Positions 12,030 to 24,872 of a stretch of DNA of 64,000 nt are shown in pieces. Below the pieces are notes generated by a model that worked only from the letters and a program-made list of their open reading frames with translations, had not been told where the DNA came from and made no database searches. A program made the position numbers and the translations under genes. Numbering within the stretch: position 1 is the first letter of the stretch; the number at the start of each line of letters is the position of its first letter. The stretch lies in NCBI GenBank assembly GCA_951406725.2, contig OX597830.1:14508001-14572000 (forward strand), written 5' to 3'. The stretch comes from Octopus vulgaris (lineage: Eukaryota).

Positions 12030-12390
12030 AGTCCAAATTCTGGAATTTATGTTGAGAGATTGTCCTAGCCCGTTTGCCCGCAGACGGTTGATTTCTGTAG
12101 TTATCACCAGTTCTTTTCGGTGATTTAGATAAGAGTTTTGACTGTTATTTCCAGCAGGTAGACATACTTAGTATATCCTTTGATAAATTTTAATCCTTCG
12201 GCTATTTAATGCTTTTTGGGCCTGCAATTGCCTATATTATTGATATTGTTATTATCATTTTAAAAGTGATACACTAGATAATAATAGAGTCAGTAATATC
12301 TTCGCAAATATTTCCTCCTAAATTATTTGCTCCGTATTGGAATTATATATATATATATATATATATATACATACATACATACATACATAA

Positions 12391-12453
<63 letters not shown>

Positions 12454-12789
12454 TATATGCACATCCATACATATATTTGTGTGTATGTATGTATGTGTAT
12501 ATAAATATATATATGCGTATATATATACACACATGCATATACATATATATACACATGTATATATATATTTATATATATATTCATATACACACACACACAC
12601 ACACGCATACACACACACACACACATACATATATATTTATATAGGTATGTATGTATGCATGCATGTATGTATGTATATGTATCATCGCAACTTTTGAGGC
12701 GGCAAGTCAAAGACTCAATCGATGAACATAATCGTTGTGCGTTTTATGTTGAATGGAGATACAAACCAGAATGATATTTGAAAACGCAT

Positions 12790-12858
12790 CAGCGGTGGTG
12801 CCCCAGCATGGCCGCGGCCTTTGGGCTAAAGCATTTTTAAGGATTTAAGGATTTAAGG
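12790..12858 (+). mobile_element. CR1-like LINE 3' end with (AGGATTT)n-type tail
   Basis: CGGTGGTGCCCCAGCATGGCCGCGGCC...TTTAAGGATTTAAGGATTTAAGG; inverted relative at 35093-35290. Confidence 0.55.
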
Positions 12859-12962
12859 AAACAATACTTTTTCACCTATTTGGAAACATACCGACATACG
12901 CACAAGTTAAATTCTCACTCTGTTTTTGTGATCTATCTATCTACCTATCTATCTATCTATCT

Positions 12963-13018
<56 letters not shown>

Positions 13019-13061
13019 ATCTATTCATCTATTAGTCTGTCCGTCTAGTTGTCTGTTTCTC

Positions 13062-13128
<67 letters not shown>

Positions 13129-13259
13129 CACCTATCTATCAATCTGTCCTTCTGTCTTGCTGGCTGGCTATTTATCTATTCATTTGCCTCTCTATTTAGC
13201 TAGATAGAGAGATAGCTAATTAGCTAGCTACATAGATAACATTCACATCTGGTTAACTG

Positions 13260-13980
13260 ATATAATTCTAGTGAAATTTTCTTTCTGTTCTGTAATTAAG
13301 GTGTATACTTCTAAGTGTTCAACAGAACTTATCCTTATAATATACCTTTAAATATTCTACTTAGAGGCTAAAATTACTATATAAATTAGACTCAAGTTGG
13401 CACTCAATTTAGCTTATAAATTATTCATTTATCTCTCCAAATCCTAAGTGAAATTCTCTACACGAAGTAAGTTAGCTGAATATCTCGAGGTAGCTAACTG
13501 AAACAGCCCTCTAAATTATATATAAATTGTCACTAAAATTTTTGGAAACATAGTCAAGCATATTACACGATAAATAGTACATGCTCGGAGATACTGTACA
13601 ACTACTTTTATTGAATTATCTGTAACCTAGCCAGTTATATTCAACTAAGCTTTCGTTTTGCACGTAATTAGTCGTTGTCAATTTGTTGACATGGTATATA
13701 TCGCCGTACAATTAAGAAGAACCAATCGAAACATTTCTAATTTTTCTCACATAATTACATGTAAACAATTAGACGGTTTCCACCTTCGCACGTAATTATC
13801 AGCAACCAAAATAAAATATTCTGTAATTATCTGCGTCTTAAGCTATGAGCATCGAACTCTAAATATAAATAACAGTAGACAAACGACAAATTCGTCAAAC
13901 TCCCGACTTAATGAACCGCGATAATCTAGAAATTTAATACAACTTTCTTACCTAATTAACCCCACTCTTGCACAAATTTA
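13260..13980 (+). repeat. Highly degenerate ~43-bp periodic array with TAATTA core
   Basis: TAATTA-like cores at 13665, 13709, 13752, 13793, 13824, 13866, 13909, 13953. Confidence 0.55.
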
Positions 13981-14699
13981 CAAACCGTTGGTAGATAATC
14001 AAGCACAGCCCATTTTGAATTGTTTTTACAATGTTTTGTATAAGATTCCAATAAAATTCTAAATTAAATTTCGAACTGTTGGGGAAAGAAAACTAATGGC
14101 ATATCAATATCATTTGGACTCCAAGAATTGTATTGATCAATTTTCTGTTGTTAGATATAGCCACAGAACAATCAGTAGGAAACTAAAATTGGAATTTTAC
14201 ATTGTTTCAATATTAGCCCCTTATTGTGAAGGATTCTTGTTGTGAAATTCCATATCATTTGGAATGAGATTTAAGGGATTTCAGTCTAATAAAAAATATG
14301 CTAACACATTAAATGTAGACAGTCATGATATATTAATTTATTAAAATTATACCGCTAGTGTGATGAAAGTATCTTTTATTCGTTATAGAATCTGATCAAA
14401 ACGGGCAAGGGAGATAACCTCGGATTTTTCGCTGATTAAAATTAATGAAAACTAACATAGAAGGTAATAAGGTAATGAGTGGATGTGTTTATAGCAGCAC
14501 TGCGACAATTTTGGACATGTTTCGTCCAAATTACGACTCATTAACCGTTACCAAAAGTGCCAATGATGACTTTTCTCTGTCTGTCTGTCGGTCTCTTCCC
14601 TCTCTCTCTCTCTCCATGATTATGTGTATGTGTTAGTATGTGTATGTATGTTTCTATGTAAATATGTATATGTGTATATATATACAAGCACACACATAT

Positions 14700-14730
<31 letters not shown>

Positions 14731-15140
14731 TACTCTTTACTCTTTTACTTGTTTCAGTCATTTGACTGCGGCCATGCTGGAGCACCGCCTTTAGTCGAGC
14801 AAATCGACCCCGGGACTTATTCTTTGTAAGCCCAGTACTTATTCTATCGGTCTCTTTTGCCGAACCGCTAAGTGACGAGGACGTAAACACACCAGCATCG
14901 GTTGTCAAGCAATGCTAGGGGGACAAACACAGACACACAAACATATACACACACACTTATATATATATACATATATACGACAGGCTTCTTTCAGTTTCCG
15001 TCTACCAAATCCACTCACAAGGCATTGGTCGGCCCGGGGCTATAGCAGAAGACACTTGCCCGAGATGCCACGCAGTGGGACTGAACCCGGAACCATGTGG
15101 TTGGTTAGCAAGCTACTTACCACGCAACCACTCCTGCGCC
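14731..15140 (-). mobile_element. SINE family B, full length
   Basis: Reverse complement of the 9088-9499 family. Confidence 0.9.
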
Positions 15141-15203
15141 TATATATATATACATATAAATACATACATACATACACATACATGCATACACACACGTACA
15201 TAC

Positions 15204-15254
<51 letters not shown>

Positions 15255-15319
15255 TATATGTGCACATATATAAACACGTGTGCATGTGTGTGTATGCACG
15301 CGTGCGTTTGAATAACTGG

Positions 15320-15930
15320 CACTCCGTCGGTTACGATGACGAGGGTTCCAGCTAACCTGATCAACGTAGAAGCCTTCTCGTGATATTAACGTGCAAGCGG
15401 CTGAAGAGCACTCTATAGACACGCGTACCCTTAATGTAGGGCTCAGGGAGTTTGAGCGTGACACGTAATGTAACGAGGCCGATCCTTTGAAATACAGATA
15501 CTATTCACTTTTGTCAGCTCAGTGCACTATTTTTTTTGTTTGTTCCCTCTCGAGCCATGCCTGGCTCATAAGGGCCGGTTTCTCGGTTTCTTGGAGTATA
15601 GGTTCCCCACTTGGACGGGACGCCGGTCCGTCGCGGGTGAGCTGCACGATGCAGGAGGAAAGAGTGAGAGAAAGTTGTGGCGAAAGAGTCAGCAAAGGTT
15701 TCGCCATTACCTTCTGCCGGAGCTGCGTGGAGCTTAGGTGTTTCGCTCATAAACACACACATCGCCCGATCTGAGATTCGAACACGCGATCCGTCGACCG
15801 TGAGTCCGCTGCTCTATCCCCCAGGCCAAGTGCCTCCACAGCTCAGTGCACTGGAGCAATGTGTAAAAAGTACCTTGCTCAAAGGCACAATGTGCCACCC
15901 AGAATCGAACTTACGACCTTAAGATCATGG
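15320..15930 (-). mobile_element. Older family C SINE interrupted by a family D SINE
   Basis: Revcomp matches 11533-11865 on both sides of the insert. Confidence 0.8.
15529..15838 (-). mobile_element. tRNA(Arg)-like SINE family D nested in family C, 14-bp TSD
   Basis: TSD CAGCTCAGTGCACT at 15515-15528 and 15839-15852; A-rich tail; head and centre shared with the 16550 copy. Confidence 0.85.
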
Positions 15931-16549
15931 TGTATTCTATCTAATAAGCAGTATGATTACTTGAAATATGGACTAGGAGAACTGCTTAGATACACAGTCT
16001 ACCTTTGTGGATCAGAACTGATCATTAAACTAGTGATTCTTTCATCTTATGCCGGATGTAATTTTAATTAAAATTTCTAGGCCTACTGTATTAATTATGT
16101 TATTATTGACTTTGTCATTTGTGTTTCATTAAAAATAATATCCAGGTTGTTTTGTTCTCGTATTTGTTTTTTACGTTAAATAATTTCCCATTACTTATGT
16201 ACGGATAATTGTTTCTTTGATTAACAAACATTAGTGAAAGTTGGCCAACGACATGACATAAAGATATTATTAAAGTAAAAAAAAAATTGCTCGACTTTAC
16301 GCTAGAGGAAGAAAACGTATTTTCAGTTTCTGCTTCTGCCATATGAAAGTTATTACTGAGAGGCAGCTGTAAAGCCTTCTTCAGTGACAAATCACCGAAT
16401 GATATCTACGACTGCAATTTGCTATAATTACGTAAATCCATATGTAATTGTAACATATGCTGATTTGAACAGTAAGTACTTGGGTACTGGTAATATGTGA
16501 GCTAGGATTAAATAATCAAGAATATATTCATGTGTGTGTGTGTGTGTGT

Positions 16550-16864
16550 GGAGGCCCAGTGGCCCAGTGGTTAGGGCAGCGGACTCGCGGTTGAAGGATC
16601 GCGGTTTCGATTCCCAGACCGGGCGTTGTGTGTGTTTATTGAGCGAAAACACCTAAAGCTCCACGAGGCACCGGGAGAGGGTGGTGACGATCCCTGCTGT
16701 ACTCTTTCACCACAACTTTCTCTCACTCTTTCTTCTATTGGCCTGCTCGCTTAGCCAACGGGGTGGCGTCATTTGAAGGTTAAAAAAACAATGCGAAGCG
16801 CATTGTGACCAGCGATGTGTAGCAACATCTGATAGCCTGGTCGGTCACGGTGATCACGGTGATA
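16550..16864 (+). mobile_element. tRNA(Arg)-like SINE family D with RTE-like 3' tail
   Basis: TGGCCCAGTGGTT A box, GGTTTCGATTCCC B box, tail (CACGGTGAT)2; ATATTCAT on both flanks. Confidence 0.85.
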
Positions 16865-17121
16865 TTCATATGTATTTTGTTTTGAAGTCAGTTACTATCA
16901 TTAACAGCATCGTGGTCAAAAACAAAGAAATTTCTCTTTTCAAATCTGCATGATCCAAAAGGCCTATTGGAAATAGATGTGAGAGTCCACGCCACCAGTA
17001 GAGGATCCAATATTAACGGTCAGGCACGAAATTGCGATTGATCCACTGGCTAAAAACTGACGAGGAGTTGGCGACCATCTGTGACTGTTTCCCGTTTGTG
17101 CATTTATTATATGTTTTAACA

Positions 17122-17169
<48 letters not shown>

Positions 17170-17171
<2 letters not shown>

Positions 17172-17525
17172 CCGCTCAGTCGAAGTCGACTCTCGGTTAC
17201 TCGATGGATCAGTGTCCTCCAGCCAGTTCTAACCTGGGCCGCTTCTTTCAGATTGGCTATGTCCATTCCCATATCACTCTTGATGGTGTCAAGCCAGCGG
17301 GTTCTTGGTCGGCCTCTTCCTCTCTTGCCACTGACCATTCCGAGCATGATGTCCTTCTCCAGGGATTTTCCCCACGTAATATTACCAAAATATGCCAATC
17401 TATGCTTGGTGATCCCAGCTTCTAGCGACAGTTTCGGCTTGATCTGGTTAAGAACTTTTCCATTGGTGAGCCTCGCTGTCCATGGAACCCATAAAAGTCT
17501 TCTCCAACACCAAAGCTCGAATGCA
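17170..17525 (-). mobile_element. RTE/BovB-like LINE 3' fragment inserted in (TA)n
   Basis: [18 protein letters not shown]...YFG...SLEKDIMLGMVSGKRGRGRPRTRWLD...RLRLS, the BovB-type C-terminus. Confidence 0.9.
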
Positions 17526-17595
17526 TATATATATACATGCATATATATACATATACATATACATGCATATATATATACATGCATATATATATACA

Positions 17596-17649
<54 letters not shown>

Positions 17650-18049
17650 TATGTTTGTGTGTGCATGTATTATATACATGCATATATGTATACATTCGTA
17701 CACACTTGTATAACACGCATTGTAATGCTACTGTACTAATTGTTGTCAAATTGTCAAACTTGTAGGACTATGCAAATAAACTTGTACTTTGATACACACG
17801 AATTTACAATTTAATGAGTAGTCATCAGTTACCTTCACTGTTGGTGTTGGAGGGAGAAGTGTGTATATCCTGGATAAATTCTCACATAACAATAAAATAT
17901 ATAGGTTCGATTCTCACCGTTAGTTAAAGGATAATCCTTTGTGGGTCTAATTTCGCAGAATGTATGGACATGTTTCTATATATTCATCTATTCCAAACAA
18001 GTAAATATAAGTGATCTCCCCTGTATTTCTTCAAGCATTTCGAAGATAT

Positions 18050-19290
18050 ATAGTGATAATTCAGTGTTACGCCTTTACTGCCGTATGATATTTTTGGTAG
18101 TTAATTAATATAAATTGTTTTCTGGAAGCTTGCTACGTAATCACTTAATTCAGTATACAGCTTACTTATTTCATTGATGATGAGAGGACAGGAACTTGGT
18201 ATAAATATTCACGTCAAGAGAGATTTATATATGGTTGTTGCAGGTTAAAAGGAAAAGCTGTGTCCGTGGACGTAATCTCAAGTCTACCTGATTAGATATA
18301 ATAGTTTACTATCGAGACATCCAAGTAAAAATCAAGTCCCATTTTCCTAAACTCCAGCTTTCCTAATCGATCAATATTCAGTACAAAAATCTAATCAATG
18401 AAAATAGTTTAATATATCCGTTAATTTCTTGCATCAACTATAAAGGTTTCTACAAATTAAGAACTGAATTTCCCACTGTAAAGGTTTTAAATACCTTTGG
18501 CCTAATTACTTGTACCTGAATGTAACTATTATCTACTGTACCCAGTGTACAATATGTCAGTAAGCTCCTATGTAATTAGCTGTATCTACTTGAAATAGTC
18601 ACACTATCGTCCTACGTAATTAACTCTTTTCTCGCAAGAACTTTTCAATTGCTTTGATATAATTAAATGGAGCTAAACGAAAACAGAATATGTTGCTGCT
18701 TAATTAACTCTATCGAATCAAGAACGCTTCGAGATCTTTCTATATAATTAATTGTACGCAATTTAAAACTTATTTACACCTTTAAACATAATTTAATTCA
18801 TGGAATCTACAAATTATCAACACATTTGTACATAATTAATTGTACATAATCTAGAAGAGTTCACAACTTCCTTCATTTCCTGCTTGCTATCAAGAAACTG
18901 ACGGCAAACTTTTACATATTTAACTGTATCATGCTTTAATAGATTGCAATTCCATATCACTATCACAGATTTTATCGTGCTCGTGTCTCCTAAACACATG
19001 ATAATTTCATTTTCTCTCTTCTAAATTAACAGTATTTAAGCAACCTCTAACAAAATTAATTGTATTCTTTTTAAAATATTTCCAGAGTTTTCTACATAAA
19101 TCATTGTAGCTAATCTAGAATTCTCCCCATCCTTAATAACGAGTAATTCGGTCCAGCAGCTCCTACGACATTCCAATATAATTAATTGGAACTAATTTGG
19201 AATATTTTAATAAACCTCAACGTTCAAAATTTCCTTCCTTCATTACATAGCCACATAATTAATTAGAGACAATTTTAATTAATGCAATCT
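18050..19290 (+). repeat. Second degenerate ~43-bp periodic TAATTA array
   Basis: Cores at 18573, 18617, 18660, 18701, 18745, 18789, 18833 (spacing 41-44). Confidence 0.6.
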
Positions 19291-19544
19291 TTCTATTGCA
19301 GAACATCTTGTTTCTGAGACGGCCAACGAAATAATCTGGAAATACAATCGAGGAATTGGGATTTTAATATTTACATTACATACAGTTATAGGAGAACATG
19401 TTTTGAATATGGTTCTTTCAAAACTGCTGATGGAAGTTATATTAGTGTTATACATGATACAAGTTATTGGTGCAAACGGTGACGTGACAGAATTGGTAAT
19501 ATCCCAATTACAGGTAAAGAAGAACCTTTAGTTTTCTCTCTTTG

Positions 19545-19640
19545 ATCTTCATCATCATCATCATCATCACCTTCGTCGTCGTCGTTGTCATCGTCGTCGT
19601 TGTCAACGTCGGTATCATCATCATCATCATCATCATCACC

Positions 19641-19672
<32 letters not shown>

Positions 19673-19798
19673 CATCATCACCATCCTCATCATCATCATC
19701 ATCATTATCATCATCATCATCATCATCGTCATTGTCATCGTCACCACCACCATCATCATCATCATCATCATCGTCATCATCATCGTCATCATCATCAT
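19545..19798. repeat. (ATC)n/(GTC)n microsatellite
   Basis: Seen directly. Confidence 0.95.
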
Positions 19799-20551
19799 GA
19801 ATTAGTATTAGGTAAGATGATTAGTATGATATAACAGTGGCTTTTTTTTTAATGCTGTTTGATATATAAACAGGAAAAAAAACGGCATTACGGAATTGCG
19901 AATTTCTAAGATCTTATTAGTGTTGTGATCTCCGTTAATTAAAGAATTAATTGAGAATAAATTCCAGCATATTCGTCAGTTCAGGTGTGGTTTCATTATC
20001 GATCGCGGTGGATTTGTGTTCTCAACGAACCGAGAGCACAAATGACTTGTGATTTTAGAATTGCCAATCCAACGAACATGTTAATGTTCTTGAGAAGAGC
20101 ACATACAACAACTATGTCTCATTTGCATCATAAGCTTTTCTTATATTTGATAATGCGAATTAAGCTGCACTTAAAGGAATATCCACTCACTGGTGAGGTC
20201 AATGCGATATTGTTCAGTTTGAAACCTCTATCGGTATTACATTGAAGGAATACTCGAGGGCTGATGTTCTGGGAGAGAAGGGAGTAAAAATAGATAATGA
20301 AATACCTGGGTAAATAAATTGAACCAGATGTGAAAACTCAGTGAGAGTGCCATGCGTGTAACATTTCTATTAACTTCCTGACATCTGTTATTGCTTACCA
20401 TAAGCTGTCTGACAAAGCTTAGATTTTTTTAAAGCCATACTACAAAGGTTAGCTGGAACCCTCGTCATCGTAACCGACGGAGTACCAGTTATTCAAACGC
20501 ACGCGCACACACACACATGCACACGTGTTTATATATGTGCACATATACACC

Positions 20552-20606
<55 letters not shown>

Positions 20607-21909
20607 GTACATACGTCTGACATTCTCTGCGCTTTCAATTTTTATTCACTTTTACATTTACTTCTATAAGTACTGGGAGCAATTCATTGGACTAAAACCC
20701 TCACCATGGCTACAATCTAATAACTGAAACAACAACAGATAAAAGACAGACGATAATCCACTAGGTTTATCATTTATCATTGGACCGCTTAAACAAGTTA
20801 ATGCTATTTACCATTTAATTACTAAACCTGTTGCTTGTAGAGCTCTACAGAAGAACTTGCCTTTGCTTAACGTTTCCAAGGAGTGTTGCACTAGAGTAGT
20901 TTCCAACTGTGTTCTTTAGCACCACATAAAATGTTAAACCTTAACATTGCCAGTTCATTAAGTGCTTGCCATATATTGTTATTACTTAGATATCAAGACG
21001 TTCATACGTTCAGTAGATAAACCATTACGATAACTAGATTCAGCTTGAAAAATCCCACTTGAATGATTATATTTAAGATTACATAACTTAGTTGAACACG
21101 AGCGAGATTAAAACCACTATTATGATCAACTCTTTAGATTGACTTCAATATTGAATGGACAATGATGATCTGAGTGTCTCACAAAGTACCGACACGCATG
21201 TATTATGTCCTATTTTCGACGGTGAAATATGAGCGGGTTTATACTAATATGCACAAACACACACATAGCATAATTGTGATATATATATATTAATCGAAGT
21301 GTACAGTATTATATATCCCTTACGCCCGATCTTAACAATCGGTTTCGCACTAGAGGTTCAATGGATTGTTAGGTAACACTCAAATTATGTAACCTTGCGT
21401 TCTTCAGAGATAGCCGTTACGGAATGAAATATGGCGACTGCTCTCTATTAATGTGTGTGTGAGTGTGCGTGTGTGTGTGAGCGTGTGTGTGTGTTTGTGT
21501 GCTTGTGTGTATGTGTGTGTGTGTGTATGTGAATTTTATTCCGTAATCGGTTCGGCAGAAAGAAGAGATAAAGAGACAAACAGATAGGCAGGGACAGAAA
21601 CAGAGAGAGAGAGACAGAGACAGACAGACAGAGACAGAGAGATAGACAGGGAGACAGAGAGACAAACAGAGACAGTGACAGAGAGGGAGAGAGAGAGAGA
21701 GTGTGTGGTGGCAAGAGTGCAGGATGTGCGGTGTATCACCACAATGCCTATATCTACACAACGAGGCAGAAGTATTGGCAGTACCTATCATTCTCTCACT
21801 CAACGCACAAACAAACGTAGACACAAATACACACGCGGTAATCTTGAACCAAAGATCAAGAAGAAAATGCTTCAATGAATGATTCAATACATTATGAGCC
21901 CAGAGTTTG

Positions 21910-21961
<52 letters not shown>

Positions 21962-21984
21962 TGTGTGTGTTTGTGTGTGCGCGC

Positions 21985-22257
21985 GTGTGTGAGTGTATTT
22001 ATGTGTATATATATATATAGTATATCTATATCTATCCATAGATAGATAAATAGATAGATAGGTAAACAGAGAAAGAGAGAAACATATATACATATATATA
22101 TGTACGTGTGTGCGTATATAAATACGCACTCACGTACATATATATACGTATATATGTTTTTCTCTATCTATCTATCTATCTATCTATCTATTTACCTATC
22201 TATCTATAGATAGATATAGATATACTATATATATATACATATACATACACTCACACA
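21985..22257. repeat. Foldback palindrome made of mixed microsatellites
   Basis: Centre TGTACGTGTGTGCGTAT-ATAA-ATACGCACTCACGTACA; arms mirror outward to GTGTGAGTGTAT/ATACACTCACAC. Confidence 0.75.
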
Positions 22258-22458
22258 AATATATATGCATATATATATAAATATATACACAGACACACAC
22301 ACACACACAGACACACACACACAGACACACACACACGTGCACACACACATATATATATATATACATGTCTGGGATTTAGCATCTACATACAAATACACAT
22401 ACACACAGATTAACATATAACAGATTAACACACACGCACACACACACAAACATATATA

Positions 22459-23283
22459 CGGGGGTATCCGAGAGAAACCAGAATTTTGCAATGTTATTTT
22501 ATTCACTTAGCCATACATGTTTTCACACTTATAGCCTTCAAAGTATTCTCCGTGTAAAGCATTGCATCGGACCAAACGCCTTTTCGACTTTTCGAAGCAG
22601 TGCTGGAACTCTTGCGATGTGATGCCTTACAACGCCTCCGTCGTTTCTTTCTTCCTCTTTTCCACATCTGCAAATTCCGTAGCACCAGCTTCCCTCTCCA
22701 GTGACGACCTCCGAAAAATATCCGAATCAACTTCCAATTGTCCTTTAAGTTCACGACACGCATTCATTTGTGACTGCTTTTGATCTTCCCTTGAGCAAGC
22801 GAGACACAAATTTTAATTTCATTAGCAATTCCTCGCTCAAAATTTGTTGACAGGAGCTCCAGTACACACCAGTTATATGAACAAGTTCCTCAAGATCAGT
22901 TCATGAATTTTCGTGATGCTTTCATTCGTTCGGGAGGTCGACGGTCGCCCTGAACGAGATTGGTTTTCATGCGACTAGTGACCATTCCTAAAGCGTGAAA
23001 AGTACTTGTAAACTTGTGTTTTGCTCATGGTAGCGTCCTTGTAAGCTGTTTGTAGCATGACAACTGTTTCGGCCGCCGTTTACCCCGGAAGAAAAAAGAA
23101 TTTTCGTTTGAGTCTTTACAAAAATCGATGAACAGGGGAGAAGTACCGGAAAACAAATACACACCACGTGACAGAACGACTCAATACGACGCTGCCGGTC
23201 GGCAGACTGATGCCTGAGGGCCGCATCAAGTGGCTTCTAGCGGTGGAAGTCTGAACTACCGGATACTTTTGGGTACCTCTTCG
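22459..23283 (-). mobile_element. Internally deleted Tc1/mariner element
   Basis: Minus translation GKTAAETVVMLQTAYKDATMSKTQVYKYFSRF...SRSGRPSTS and C-terminal QHCFEK..RRLVRC...GEYFEG; imperfect TIRs, TA at the left end. Confidence 0.85.
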
Positions 23284-24666
23284 TGCATATGTGCGTGTGT
23301 GTGTGTGTGTGTGTGCATGCATAAGTTAATGGACTTATTCTTGTCTTAGGTTTGCAAAAATGTAAAAAAAACCTCTACGATATGATCCGTAGTGGCCATG
23401 AATCCTTACTGGTCGGATTTTTGTCAATAAAATCCTTTCATTCTTGTGAATAACCCGGAGTCAACATAGTCTCCTGGAGTACTCCCTCTCTGATGTTCTT
23501 GATCAAATTGCTACAGTCAGAAATCGGTGATAGAAGGAATAACTTCAGTGCAATGGCTTAACTCTGAATTGAACTTTTATCGCAGGCATTCCACGCCGCT
23601 TTCACTATCTTCGAACATTCTTTGCTTAAATGAATGCTAAGAAACAATAAACCAACAAACAAACAAACAACCATACTGCTCTCTAAGATGAAGTGATTTC
23701 TGTTGTCATCATTTGTTTGTGGGAAACTTTATGTAGTTGCATGCGAAATTAAAGGTGTCATATGAAAATATTATAAACAACAACAAAAGCCATAAATAAA
23801 ACAACATACACTAAACAACAATATGAAATGTAAACAAAATATTCAAAATGGGAGATCTTACTACAAACCATATTTACTCACCCGAGTTTAGGAAAAAGAA
23901 TCGTTTGTTGGTCGAATAAATTATTACACTTCTTCATTAAGCCTATACTCATTATTTATATACGTAGTTTTTCACTTTCGATGATTAATAACAAAACTGT
24001 TAAATTCGTTGATTCGTTCTTCGTGATTAACATGAGTCTTTTAAGAAATGATTTTTCCTTTATTTTTCTTTTAATGAAATTCGTCTTTAGTATGTGTTAA
24101 TATGATGACATTTCACAGCGTTGAATGTGCCTGTGATTGATTCGATGAGCAATATTTGTATATCATTAAACTATTTTGTATTGTTGTTGCTTATGGGGAA
24201 ACAGTGTGAAAATATTTAAATTACCTTTAAGCGTGAAGACCCAGTTTACACAGAGACATGCTAAATCTGTTAAAACAGTAAATACCTCTGTTTGGTGTGA
24301 ATATAAAAGCCATATTGGTGTTTGCTTCCATTGCCGTTCAATGTTTTTAAAATATTACAACCAGAAATTTTGTAGTTTTTCATTTCAAAGTAGAAAGAAT
24401 CATTGCTGTTTAACTGTTTTCACATAATTATAGCAGAAGCTGTTTGCAAACTAATGTTGATGTTGCGAAGATAAAAAGGGATTGGGGATCGACAGAATTT
24501 GCTGAGTGACAAACGGTTTTGCGAATTTTTGCTGTGTACCATTACATTCTGAGTTCAAATCTTGACAAACATCTTCTTCGCATTCTATGTTGGAGGAGTA
24601 CAATCTACTCGACTGTAACAATCCTTTACTTTTAAGGCATTGTGAACGTGTTAGAAATCAATGTTA

Positions 24667-24831
24667 GGCGTAGGAATGGCTGTGTGGTAAGTAGCTTGCT
24701 TACGAACCACATGATTCCGGGTTCAGTCCCACAACGTGGCACCTTGGGCAACTGTTTTCTACTATATCTTCGGGCCGACCAAAGTCTTGTGAGTGGATTT
24801 GGTAGACGGAAACTGAAAGAAGCCCGTCGTA

Positions 24832-24872
<41 letters not shown>

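Larger units (their letters stand above)
11124..12345. mobile_element. Hammerhead-containing repeat in partial-tandem plus inverted arrangement (Penelope pLTR/retrozyme-like), interrupted by a SINE
   Basis: 11124-11360 is inverted relative to 11977-12205; 11455-11532 plus 11878-11975 is inverted relative to about 12167-12345. Confidence 0.7.

Noticed and set aside
18560-18850. CRISPR array interpretation of the core-plus-spacer periodicity
   Set aside because: Core is short and degenerate, spacers are weakly related to each other, the context is eukaryotic and there are no cas genes
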